A DNA stretch of 64,000 nt from Rhodoluna sp. (GTDB taxonomy: Bacteria > Actinomycetota > Actinomycetes > Actinomycetales > Microbacteriaceae): assembly GCA_044239955.1 (NCBI GenBank), contig JBIIAL010000002.1, one strand, 5' to 3'. The first letter of the stretch is position 1. Each line of letters begins with the position of its first letter. Shown here piece by piece: positions 38,400 to 47,095 of the stretch. The notes beneath the pieces are model-generated. The model did not search any database. It saw nothing but the letters and a program-made list of their open reading frames with translations, and was not told the DNA's origin. A program made the translations under genes and the position numbers.

Positions 38400-39413
38400 C
38401 TAGACAAACTTCGGTACATCGACCACGTGAGAGTTCTCAGTGACACTCTCGATATCATGTTTTACCATCAGGCTGGCTAAGCCGGCGACGTCTAGAGTGT
38501 GCTTCCAATCAAGTTTCTTTTGAGCCTTTGAAGCTTCACCGATTAGTGAGTCAACTTCTGTCGGGCGAACATAACGGTCGTCGAATTTGACGTACTTTTG
38601 CCAATCCAAACCTGCTTCCTGGAATGCAAATTCTAGGAAATCTTTTACCGTTGCTGAAGCACCTGTTGCAATCACAAAATCCTCAGGGGTATCTGCTTGA
38701 AGCATGAGCCACATCGCTCTTACATACTCGGGTGCGTAGCCCCAGTCCCTCACGGCGTCCAGGTTTCCTAGGTAAAGATCCTTTTGGATACCAAGCTTGA
38801 TCTTTGCAACCGCACGGGAGATTTTTCTTGTTACGAAGGTCTCACCTCTTCGTGGCGACTCGTGATTAAAGAGGATCCCGTTTACTGCGAACAATCCATA
38901 AGCTTCTCTGTAGTTTCGGGTCATCCAGTACGAATAGAGTTTGGCAGCGCCGTATGGGCTTCTGGGGTAGAACTCAGTAGTTTCGCTCTGAGGCGGCGGT
39001 GTCGCCCCAAACATTTCTGAGCTCGACGCCTGGTAGAACTTGGTTTCCGGGCAAGCGAGCCTTATACCTTCGAGCAGGCGAGTGGTGGCCAATCCAGTGA
39101 CGTCGCCGGTAAATTCTGGTTGATCAAATGAAACACGAACGTGTGACTGTGCAGCTAGGTGGTAAACCTCATCTGGTCTAATCGAAAAAAGAAGCGTTGT
39201 GAGCCTAGAAGCATCAGAGAGATCTGCGAAGTGAAGAAATAGAGAGCGATTCTCTTCATGAACATCCTCAAAGAGATGGTCAATCCGTTGGGTGTTGAGG
39301 TTGGATGCTCTTCGCACTAAGCCGTGGACCTCGTAGCCTTTGGAGAGTAAAAACTCGGCTAAGTAAGAACCATCTTGACCCGTGATACCAGTGATAAGCG
39401 CTTTTCTCTTCAT
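38400..39413 (-). CDS. gmd: GDP-mannose 4,6-dehydratase
   Basis: '[29 protein letters not shown]' and '[10 protein letters not shown]' are canonical for Gmd. 337 aa. Confidence 0.9.
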   Translation of the reverse strand: MKRKALITGITGQDGSYLAEFLLSKGYEVHGLVRRASNLNTQRIDHLFEDVHEENRSLFLHFADLSDASRLTTLLFSIRPDEVYHLAAQSHVRVSFDQPEFTGDVTGLATTRLLEGIRLACPETKFYQASSSEMFGATPPPQSETTEFYPRSPYGAAKLYSYWMTRNYREAYGLFAVNGILFNHESPRRGETFVTRKISRAVAKIKLGIQKDLYLGNLDAVRDWGYAPEYVRAMWLMLQADTPEDFVIATGASATVKDFLEFAFQEAGLDWQKYVKFDDRYVRPTEVDSLIGEASKAQKKLDWKHTLDVAGLASLMVKHDIESVTENSHVVDVPKFV

Positions 39414-39637
39414 GCGGACAAAGTTAGCAGATTTGGGCGCCTAACTTAGTGAACTGCGGTTCAATCCTGGCTACGAAATAAATCCAAGGGACAAAGCTAG
39501 ATAAATTGCACATAAATCAGGCCGTAGAACTCAATACAGCTGACTATCAAACTCGGTTTCAAATTAGACTAAACGTAATCATTCAGCAATGAGACATAAA
39601 AGTCGCAATTGCCTTGGCCGAAAAAAAGAAAGAAATC

Positions 39638-40759
39638 ATGAAAATACTTCTTGTCGGAATGGCAGACAGTATTCATCTTTCGCGCTGGATATCCCAATTT
39701 GATTCAAGTGATTTGATATTTGAGGTTGTCTCCGCTTCTCCACATAGAAGAGTTCAGAAGGGCATATCTGAGCGCGCACGAAAATCAAACCGAGTCTCAA
39801 TTACCTGGTTTTCAAGAGTTTTCTCATTACCTATGTGGATAGCCGATAGGTTTCTTTCCGACTGGGTTCGGGGTGCATACATCGCCTGGAGGATTCGGCG
39901 GTTTAATCCAGAGATCGTTCATATCCATGAGCTGCAAAATGCGGGATACGCAACCCGAAGAGCCTTTCAACTTCTTAAGAAAAAACCAAAACTTATAGTT
40001 ACTAACTATGGAAGCGAAATTGTCTGGTTCTCAAAGTTTCCTAAGCACAAAGCAAAGATAAAGGCGTTACTTGACATAGCTGATGGTTTCAGCGCAGAGT
40101 GCACCCGGGATTACAACCTCGCCGCACAGATTTCTTCTGGCTACCAAACGCTTCCACTTATGCCGGTTGCTGGAGGTCTGGCCAGATTCACTGGACCCGA
40201 AGGGGTTCGGAACAAGATAGCAATCAAGGGATATGAAAACCATTGGGGTAAAGCCATCGTGGCTCTGGAAACCGTTGCAGGTTTGGGGGCCAAGCTCGGC
40301 AATCTTGAGATTGTTTTATACAGTTGCAACGCTCCTGTGCTTAGAGCTGCAAAGAAACTTTCCAAGTCCACTGGAATGAAAATTACCACTCATAAAAAAG
40401 GTGCTCTTTCTCACAGCCAAGTAATGGATCTATTCAAATCCTCTTTGATTTACGTAGGACATTCGCTTTCCGATGGGATTTCAACATCAATGGTTGAGGC
40501 AATGGCCATGGGGGCAATTCCGGTCCAAACAAACACTTCTTGTGCCCAGGAGTGGTTAGTTGACAAGAAAACAGGCTTTATCTTTACCCCGAATGATTTA
40601 GACGCTCTTCGCTCTGCGGTTCTGGACATAATCGAAGGCAAGTTTGACTCTGAAGCAGCAAGGGCTGAGAACTATGCTGTTATTGATTCAAGGTATAACC
40701 CAGACAAGCTTTCTTTAATCGCGGCCGGGTATTACCAGAGTCTTACTGCAAGTGCTTGA
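39638..40759 (+). CDS. GT4-family (GT-B) glycosyltransferase
   Basis: 'MKILLVGMADSIH' and a C-terminal 'SDGISTSMVEAMAMGAIPV' (EX7E-type region). Start taken at the ATG; the ORF-track TTG is at 39614. Confidence 0.7.
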   Translation: MKILLVGMADSIHLSRWISQFDSSDLIFEVVSASPHRRVQKGISERARKSNRVSITWFSRVFSLPMWIADRFLSDWVRGAYIAWRIRRFNPEIVHIHELQNAGYATRRAFQLLKKKPKLIVTNYGSEIVWFSKFPKHKAKIKALLDIADGFSAECTRDYNLAAQISSGYQTLPLMPVAGGLARFTGPEGVRNKIAIKGYENHWGKAIVALETVAGLGAKLGNLEIVLYSCNAPVLRAAKKLSKSTGMKITTHKKGALSHSQVMDLFKSSLIYVGHSLSDGISTSMVEAMAMGAIPVQTNTSCAQEWLVDKKTGFIFTPNDLDALRSAVLDIIEGKFDSEAARAENYAVIDSRYNPDKLSLIAAGYYQSLTASA

Positions 40760-40778
40760 AGAACTAGAAGGACAAAAC

Positions 40779-41204
40779 ATGGATCAGGTCCCCAAGCTAA
40801 TAGTTGGCGCGAGGCATGTGGATGAGCGAGGATCCTTACTTTTCAACAATGAATTGAACATTCTGAACTTCAGACGAATGTACATAATCAATAATTCAGA
40901 TAGCCAACCATTTCGTGGTTGGCACGGCCACGAGTTTGAGTCGAAAATATTCATCACGTTGTCAGGACGAATTAGATTTGGCGCTGTCAGAGTCAAGGAT
41001 TGGTCCAATCCTGACAAATCAGCAGTACCTCAGGTCGAAGACCTTAAAGCCGATTCTCTCGATGCATTCTTTGTTCCCGGGGGTTACGCAAATGGCATTC
41101 TTTCACTAGAGCCAGGTTCTCAGGCTCTAGTTATCTCCTCGTCAACGTTGAGCGATAGCTTGGTCGATGATTACAGGATTGAATCAACATTCTGGAAAAT
41201 CTAG
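40779..41204 (+). CDS. Cupin-fold WxcM/FdtA-like protein (putative NDP-4-keto-6-deoxyhexose 3,4-ketoisomerase)
   Basis: 'HVDERGSLLF', 'RMYIINN...FRGWHGHEFESKIFITLSGRIRF' and 'FVPGGYANG' parallel FdtA/WxcM C-terminal domains. The ATG is preceded by GAAGGA. Confidence 0.5.
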   Translation: MDQVPKLIVGARHVDERGSLLFNNELNILNFRRMYIINNSDSQPFRGWHGHEFESKIFITLSGRIRFGAVRVKDWSNPDKSAVPQVEDLKADSLDAFFVPGGYANGILSLEPGSQALVISSSTLSDSLVDDYRIESTFWKI

Positions 41205-41271
41205 ACTTCCTTCAAATCGGACTATATTTGAAGAATTATGTCGAGACATTCAGCAGGGGCGGGTATCAGTA

Positions 41272-42933
41272 ATGGCTAAGACAGAGAGCCCAAAGACCAA
41301 CCCACTTAAGGCTGCAGACCCCAAAAAAGGATTCTCAAACAAAATCGTCCGCTGGACAAGCATCTCGATTGTTTCGGCCATCATGACTTTGGGTGCTTGG
41401 GCGTTTGCATCCCCCATCGGCTCCACTCCAGATGATGACTACCACCTGGTCAGCATTTGGTGTGGGCAGGGCTTCCGGGACGGCATCTGTGAGGAAGGTT
41501 CTGAACCCCGTGAAGTAGTAGTGCGTGAAACATTGATGGAGTACTCATTTTGTTATGCATTTAACCCAGACGACACTGCTACGTGTAGGCAAACAGATAC
41601 GTTTGCACCAACAACAAGAAGTAATGGGGGAGAGAACCCCCGAATTTTCTATTGGGTAATGAGTTGGTTTGCCAGCGATGATTTGACGGCTTCTGTAATT
41701 TCAATCCGTTTTTTCAATTCAATACTTATAGTGCTTGGCTTCGCTGCTGTAACTTTTGCCCTGCCTAGACATTTGCGCCGAGTACCGGTTGTAAGCGCAG
41801 TTTCCATCGCGGTTCCGCTTGGCTTGTTTATTCTTCCAAGTACCAACCCCTCTGCTTGGGGTGTCTATGCGGTGGTGCTTTTCTTCTCAGCTTTGCTTGG
41901 TTTTGTCATAACGAAGGATCGAAGATCCCGCTGGATTTTGGGGCCAATCGCTTTGGCTACTCTTCTGATGTCAGCTGGAAGTCGACCCGACTCGGCTCTC
42001 TATACTTTGGTCGCCATTGCTGCGGTAGTTATCATTACCTTCACCCGCAAAATGATCACCCCGGTCAACATTTCAATAGCGGCTGCACTTTTGTTGATGG
42101 GAGCAATATTCCTGTTTGGCTCCGCCAACACTTCGGCAACGCTCACCGGTGCGCCAGGCGGCGGTCTAACTACCTTTACGGGTGGACAGCTTTACGCCAA
42201 CATAATCAATTTGCCCACCCTCTGGGTTGGCGGCTTTGGCGTTTGGGGCCTTGGGTGGCTCGATACCGCGATGTCTCCAATTGTTTGGGTGGTCGGTTGG
42301 GGAGTATTTCTCAGCTTGCTTTTCTCAGCGATTATGTATTTCAACGTTCAACAAGGGTTGTCAGTTACTCTAATTTTTGCTGCGCTGATCCTTGTTCCCC
42401 TGCTAGCACTTAGCGCGAGTGGATTGCTTGTTGGACAGTTCGTCCAACCTCGTTACTTGACGGGGTTGCTCGGAATGCTGATTGCTGCTGCAATGTTTCG
42501 AACCTCAATGAACTCGGGTCCGCTCATGTCTCGCGCTCAAGTTTGGATACTTGGGTTCGCCTTGGTGTTTGCACACATCGTTGCCCTTAGAACCAATATG
42601 GGTCGCTACCTAACTGGAATGAGTGAGGTGGCAGAAAATCTCGACTATGGCTTTGAGTGGTGGTGGGTTGGTAGACCAGCTAGCGGTGAATTGTTCTGGT
42701 TCTCACCGAACTTGGTCTGGATTACTGGATCGGTAGCCTTTGCCGTATTTTTGGTTTCCCTTTGGAAACTCAGGGCAGAACTTGGCCTTCCAGGTTATAA
42801 CGAATGGAATAAAGAAACTGCATCAGTTGATTCGTCAGTAACGGCTACTAAAACAGTAACTAAGAAGAGAAAGACCAGTGCCCCTAAAAAAGTACTAGTT
42901 GCCAAAAAAGCAAAGCCTCGGAAGAAAACATGA
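41272..42933 (+). CDS. Polytopic membrane protein, DUF2142-like (GT-C-like candidate), with Lys-rich C-terminal tail
   Basis: About 12 predicted TM segments. First loop 'SPIGSTPDDDYHLVSIWCG' resembles the DUF2142 signature. The tail is 'KKRKTSAPKKVLVAKKAKPRKKT'. Confidence 0.5.
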   Translation: MAKTESPKTNPLKAADPKKGFSNKIVRWTSISIVSAIMTLGAWAFASPIGSTPDDDYHLVSIWCGQGFRDGICEEGSEPREVVVRETLMEYSFCYAFNPDDTATCRQTDTFAPTTRSNGGENPRIFYWVMSWFASDDLTASVISIRFFNSILIVLGFAAVTFALPRHLRRVPVVSAVSIAVPLGLFILPSTNPSAWGVYAVVLFFSALLGFVITKDRRSRWILGPIALATLLMSAGSRPDSALYTLVAIAAVVIITFTRKMITPVNISIAAALLLMGAIFLFGSANTSATLTGAPGGGLTTFTGGQLYANIINLPTLWVGGFGVWGLGWLDTAMSPIVWVVGWGVFLSLLFSAIMYFNVQQGLSVTLIFAALILVPLLALSASGLLVGQFVQPRYLTGLLGMLIAAAMFRTSMNSGPLMSRAQVWILGFALVFAHIVALRTNMGRYLTGMSEVAENLDYGFEWWWVGRPASGELFWFSPNLVWITGSVAFAVFLVSLWKLRAELGLPGYNEWNKETASVDSSVTATKTVTKKRKTSAPKKVLVAKKAKPRKKT

Positions 42934-43850
42934 AAATCTATGTGGCGGGCCACCGTGGCCTAGTTGGCTCAGCAACCGTTCGGGAAATTGAAAAAGACTC
43001 CAAACACGTCTTTATTGGGCAAACAAGGGCTGAGCTCGACCTGTTGGACAGAGCTGCGGTATTTGCTTACCTAGCTAAGGAAAAGCCAGATGCGGTCATT
43101 ATTGCTGCTGCCAAGGTCGGTGGTATTCAGGCCAACAACACTTATCCTGTGGAGTTTTTGTCTCAAAACTTGCAGATTGAAACCAACCTTCTAGATGGGG
43201 CTCATGCTGCAGGAATTGAGAGAGTTCTTTTCCTAGGTTCTTCTTGTGTTTATCCAAAGTTTGCCCAGCAACCGATTCGGGAAGAGTACCTGCTAACTGG
43301 AGAGCTTGAGAAGACTAACGAGGCTTATGCCCTGGCCAAGATCTCTGGACTCAAGCTTGTTCAGGCCTATAGAGCTCAATACGGCCACCGTTGGATATCT
43401 GCGATGCCCACCAACATGTATGGCCCAGGTGACAACTTTGATCTTGAGAACTCGCATGTTTTGCCGGCCCTTATAAGAAAGTTCGATGACGCTAAAACCA
43501 GTGGAGCTAAATCGGTTACCCTCTGGGGATCTGGGTCACCGAGGCGAGAGTTCTTGCACGCGGATGATTTGGGTAGCGCTTGTATTTTTCTGTTGGAAAA
43601 CTATGACGACGACATCGCCATCAACGTTGGAGTTGGAGAAGATGTCTCAATCAAGGAGCTAGCCGAAACCATCAAGCGAATTGTCGGCTTCGAAGGATCT
43701 ATTGAATGGGACTCATCAAAGCCAGATGGAACTCCAAGAAAACTCCTAGATGTTTCGAGACTTACCGATTTGGGCTGGAAAGCAAAGATTTCCTTAGAAG
43801 ATGGAATCCGCTCTACCTACGAGTGGTACAAAGCAAACCAAAAGGGCTAA
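42930..43850 (+). CDS. fcl: GDP-L-fucose synthase (GDP-4-keto-6-deoxymannose 3,5-epimerase/4-reductase)
   Basis: 'KIYVAGHRGLVGSA', 'AAAKVGGI.AN', 'LGSSCVYPK' and 'YALAK'. 306 aa. The ATGA overlaps the upstream gene. Confidence 0.9.
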   Translation: MKIYVAGHRGLVGSATVREIEKDSKHVFIGQTRAELDLLDRAAVFAYLAKEKPDAVIIAAAKVGGIQANNTYPVEFLSQNLQIETNLLDGAHAAGIERVLFLGSSCVYPKFAQQPIREEYLLTGELEKTNEAYALAKISGLKLVQAYRAQYGHRWISAMPTNMYGPGDNFDLENSHVLPALIRKFDDAKTSGAKSVTLWGSGSPRREFLHADDLGSACIFLLENYDDDIAINVGVGEDVSIKELAETIKRIVGFEGSIEWDSSKPDGTPRKLLDVSRLTDLGWKAKISLEDGIRSTYEWYKANQKG

Positions 43851-45425
43851 TCAGCCAATCGTTTCCAAAACTGCCATGGCTGCGTTGTGACCTGCAATGC
43901 CGCTAACCGCGCCACCTCGTCTTGCACCTGCGCCACAAACCAGCAAGTTCTCTCTTTTGGTTTCCACTCCCCACTTTTGGGATGCGGTGGATTGTGATTC
44001 GTGGTCTTCAAGAAAGGGCCAGGCAAGTGCTCCGTGGAAGATGTTTCCTCCTGGAAGCCTGAGAACATCTTCAAGATCTTGAGTGGTCTTTACTTCTATA
44101 CAGAGCTCACCATTGGCGTCTTTCATCAGAAGATCTTCGATGTTCTCTGCAAGAACTGAATTCAAAGAGGCGAGCACCGCCTGCTTGAGTTTTTCTCGCA
44201 TTTCGTCTTGGTCTTTGCCATCAAGTAAAGCGTGTGGGGTGTGTAGGGCAAAGACCGTTAGGGTCTGAACCCCTTGCTCCTGTAGTGCCTTGGAGAGAAT
44301 GCTTGGGTCAGTCAGTGAGTGGCAATAGATCTCACAAGGCAGGGGATTAGGTATCTCACCCTTGGAGGCTTGCTCAAAAGCACTCTGTAGCTGGCTGTAG
44401 TTTTCGTTGATGTGAAATGTTCCACCGAAGGCAGCTACCGGATCCAAGAACTGGTCCTTGAGTTTTGGTAAGCGCTTCAGTAACAGATTCACTTTTACCT
44501 GGGCGCCATCCATCTTGGTGGCCGCGGGGACTATGTCTTCTAGACCGGTTAGTTTCTCTAACTCCGTCGGGGAAACATTAGCCAGCACATACTTTCCTTG
44601 GATAGAGCGCTGGTCTCCTTGCTGGCTGTAGACAATCGTGTTGTCTTCACCTATGGAGCTAACATCGCAATCAGCCAGCAAAGTAACCCCAAGTTGCTTT
44701 GCTACTTTGTAAAGCGAGTCTGTGACCCGGCCCATACCGCCGATAGGGATGTTCCAGTCTCCTGTTTCATTACCAATCACGTGATACAAAAAGCACTTGT
44801 TGACATCTAGGTTTGGATCCAGATTGGAACCAAAGGTTCCAATCAGACCGTCTGTGAGAACAACCCCTCTAACTAGATCCGATTCAAAGCTTTCTTCAAT
44901 AACCTTGCCTACCGGTTGCTCTATGAACTCTTCCCAGATCTGGTCACTACCTGAAAGCTCTCTTAGTTTTGCCTTGGCTTCCGATCTGGTGGGAAGTGGA
45001 TCAAGCACTGTTGGAAACAATGCTTTAGCTAGCAAGGTGGTCTTTCTATAAAACTCATGCCAAGCTTCTGCGTCTTTGGTTGTCCCGATTGATTCAAATG
45101 ACGAAGAAGTAGCTAGCTTGTCTTGGTTGTCTACCAGCAGACCTTTATTGGTTCCAGGTTGGGGTGTATAAGAGGAGTAGCGTCTGGGAGCTAGTTGGAT
45201 ATCTAGCTTTAGGTCTTCAATGATCTTTTTTGGAAGAAGTGAAACTAGATAGGAGTATCTCGAAAGCTTGGCCTCTACTCCAGCAAAGGTTTGCTCAGAC
45301 ACCGCTGCTCCACCGAAGGTGGAGAGCCTCTCAAGCACAGTGACTTTTAGTCCGGCTTTGGCAAGATAGCAGGCTGCGGTTAGGCCGTTGTGCCCCCCAC
45401 CTACCACTACGACGTCTGTACTCAT
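43851..45425 (-). CDS. FAD/NAD(P)-binding oxidoreductase of the phytoene-desaturase (CrtI-like) family
   Basis: Dinucleotide-binding 'VVVVGGGHNGLTAACYLAKAGLKVTVLE' and C-terminal 'LLVCGAGARRGGAVSG'. Substrate unknown. Confidence 0.65.
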   Translation of the reverse strand: MSTDVVVVGGGHNGLTAACYLAKAGLKVTVLERLSTFGGAAVSEQTFAGVEAKLSRYSYLVSLLPKKIIEDLKLDIQLAPRRYSSYTPQPGTNKGLLVDNQDKLATSSSFESIGTTKDAEAWHEFYRKTTLLAKALFPTVLDPLPTRSEAKAKLRELSGSDQIWEEFIEQPVGKVIEESFESDLVRGVVLTDGLIGTFGSNLDPNLDVNKCFLYHVIGNETGDWNIPIGGMGRVTDSLYKVAKQLGVTLLADCDVSSIGEDNTIVYSQQGDQRSIQGKYVLANVSPTELEKLTGLEDIVPAATKMDGAQVKVNLLLKRLPKLKDQFLDPVAAFGGTFHINENYSQLQSAFEQASKGEIPNPLPCEIYCHSLTDPSILSKALQEQGVQTLTVFALHTPHALLDGKDQDEMREKLKQAVLASLNSVLAENIEDLLMKDANGELCIEVKTTQDLEDVLRLPGGNIFHGALAWPFLEDHESQSTASQKWGVETKRENLLVCGAGARRGGAVSGIAGHNAAMAVLETIG

Positions 45426-45680
45426 TCTCCAATTATGCGGTACCCACAAAAGGCCAGTTATACGGGTTTTCGGGTTCCTCGACGCATTGCGGAAATGCTT
45501 TGGATTGCTGCCAGCATGGGCTCAAACCTTTGGTTTGACTTGGATTTTGGGCCACGGGGTGATTGTTATCAACCCGTTACTGTGACAACGCAAGGGCTTT
45601 GTAATGCTGGGCTAGATTACTTGAGAGCCGTGATTACGGTTGGGGGCTCAAGCCTCCTTCAATTGAAAGGAACACCATAT

Positions 45681-47000
45681 ATGTCAGTTATGCGTAGACG
45701 TAGTACTGCTTTTGCAGGACTCGCAATCGCTTCTGCCCTAGTGCTGAGCGGCTGTGCCGCTACAGACGAAGGCAGTGGATCAGCCAGCTGTGACGTAGTC
45801 ACAGAGGTTACATGGCTAAACACAATCAAGATCGAAATCCAGGAGCAGTTCATCGAAGCTGTTGACGAGTACAACGCTGTCAACACCGACTGTGTCAAGA
45901 TTTCCATCATTGAGTACCCACAGGGAGAACCATTCTTCTCTGTAGCTACACCTCTATACGAAGCTGGTAACGCTCCAGTTGTTATGACCATTCTTCAGGA
46001 GCTTCCTGACATGGCAGAGCGCGTTATGGACTGGACCGGAACCGACCTAGCTGCACTTGCAGCTGACGGAACTCTTGATGGTGCAAACATCGATGGCAAG
46101 CAGGTAGGTATTCCTGTTACTGCTGAAGCTTTCGGTTTGCTATACAACAAGGCAGTTTTGGACGAAGCCGGTGTTGACCCATCAACAATCGCAACTCGCG
46201 ATGACCTAGAGGCTGCTTTCGAAGCAGTTGAAGCAACTGGTGTTTCTGCAGTTCACTTCTCAGGTCTATGGTGGTCACTTGGTGCTCACTTCACAAACAT
46301 CTACCACACAACAGCTGCAGAAGATCAGGCTGGCCGTCTAGGCGTTCTTGATGGTCTAAAGGCTGGAGATGTGTCACTTCTAGACGACCCACGTTTCGTG
46401 GACTGGCTAGATACCTTCGACCTAATGAAGGACTACTCAATCGACTCAGCTTCCATTGCTGACACCGACTACGACCAGGGTGTAGAGAACCTAGCTACTG
46501 GTGAAGTTGGTTTCTGGTTCATGGGTAACTGGGCAGAGCCTAACTTGCTAACCACCGACCCTGAGGGTTCATACGGTGTAATGCCAGTTCCAACCAGCAA
46601 CACTGCTGGTGCTTACGGTAACGACGGAATCTCTGTTGGTGTGCCTTTCTACATCGTTATCGATGAAGAGCAGTCCACTCCAGAAGAGCGCGCAGGAGCT
46701 CAGGCTTTCCTTACCTGGCTACTAACCACTCCAGAGGGTCAGGCTCGTTGGTCAGGTCCAGTTGAAGACGGTGGAATGAACTTCATCCCTGTCTACGACG
46801 GATTCACCGTTAGCCCATCCACATTCATGGCAACAGACATCGCTAGCTACATCGCTGGCGGAAAGTCTCTAGCCTGGATCAACAGTGCGTACCCAACTGG
46901 TCTGCAGGACGTCTATGGCGCTGCAGCTCAGAAGTACTATGACGGCATCTCCGACCGCGCTGCATTTGCTGCAGAGCTTGAGGGTGCTTGGCTCGAGTAG
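45681..47000 (+). CDS. Carbohydrate ABC importer substrate-binding lipoprotein
   Basis: Signal peptide and lipobox 'LVLSGCAA'. Family-1 sugar SBP-like sequence. GAAAGGA RBS. Followed by two sugar permeases. Confidence 0.8.
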   Translation: MSVMRRRSTAFAGLAIASALVLSGCAATDEGSGSASCDVVTEVTWLNTIKIEIQEQFIEAVDEYNAVNTDCVKISIIEYPQGEPFFSVATPLYEAGNAPVVMTILQELPDMAERVMDWTGTDLAALAADGTLDGANIDGKQVGIPVTAEAFGLLYNKAVLDEAGVDPSTIATRDDLEAAFEAVEATGVSAVHFSGLWWSLGAHFTNIYHTTAAEDQAGRLGVLDGLKAGDVSLLDDPRFVDWLDTFDLMKDYSIDSASIADTDYDQGVENLATGEVGFWFMGNWAEPNLLTTDPEGSYGVMPVPTSNTAGAYGNDGISVGVPFYIVIDEEQSTPEERAGAQAFLTWLLTTPEGQARWSGPVEDGGMNFIPVYDGFTVSPSTFMATDIASYIAGGKSLAWINSAYPTGLQDVYGAAAQKYYDGISDRAAFAAELEGAWLE

Positions 47001-47040
47001 TATGAAACTGATTTAGCGTCAAGCTAAAGCAGAGCTTTAC

Positions 47041-47080
47041 AAGTGACCCACCTGGGGCTAAAAATCCAGGTGGGTCACTT
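47041..47080 (+). other. Intercistronic perfect 15-bp stem-loop between the SBP and permease genes
   Basis: AAGTGACCCACCTGG - 10-nt loop - CCAGGTGGGTCACTT. No U-tract follows. Read directly from the sequence. Confidence 0.8.
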
Positions 47081-47095
47081 ACAAGAAAGGCAATC

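Noticed and set aside
39421-39447. 7-bp inverted repeat AAGTTAG-(13 nt)-CTAACTT just upstream of the gmd start codon.
   Set aside because: It is short and AT-rich and could arise by chance. No conserved motif was recognised, so it was not promoted to a finding.
39455-39475. GCGGTTCAATCCTGG, which resembles a tRNA T-arm. I considered it as a tRNA remnant or att site in the gmd/GT4 intergenic region.
   Set aside because: The flanks do not pair as a T-stem or acceptor stem. It does not match the 3' ends of the two tRNA-Ser genes, so the resemblance is probably chance.
35103-43850. Glycan locus B as a tRNA-integrated mobile genomic island.
   Set aside because: I saw no integrase, recombinase, transposase or duplicated tRNA 3' end. 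Only the weaker recombination-hotspot idea is kept as a finding.
43848-43853. Back-to-back stop codons of convergent fcl and the oxidoreductase (TAATCA), with no room for a terminator.
   Set aside because: This is a real observation but is most simply genome compaction. Nothing further can be inferred from the sequence.
45390-45680. 5' extension of the sugar-binding-protein ORF, which would give a 536-aa protein overlapping the oxidoreductase start.
   Set aside because: A canonical signal peptide and lipobox begin at the ATG at 45681, behind a good RBS. The extension has no signal-anchor logic and would overlap the divergent gene.
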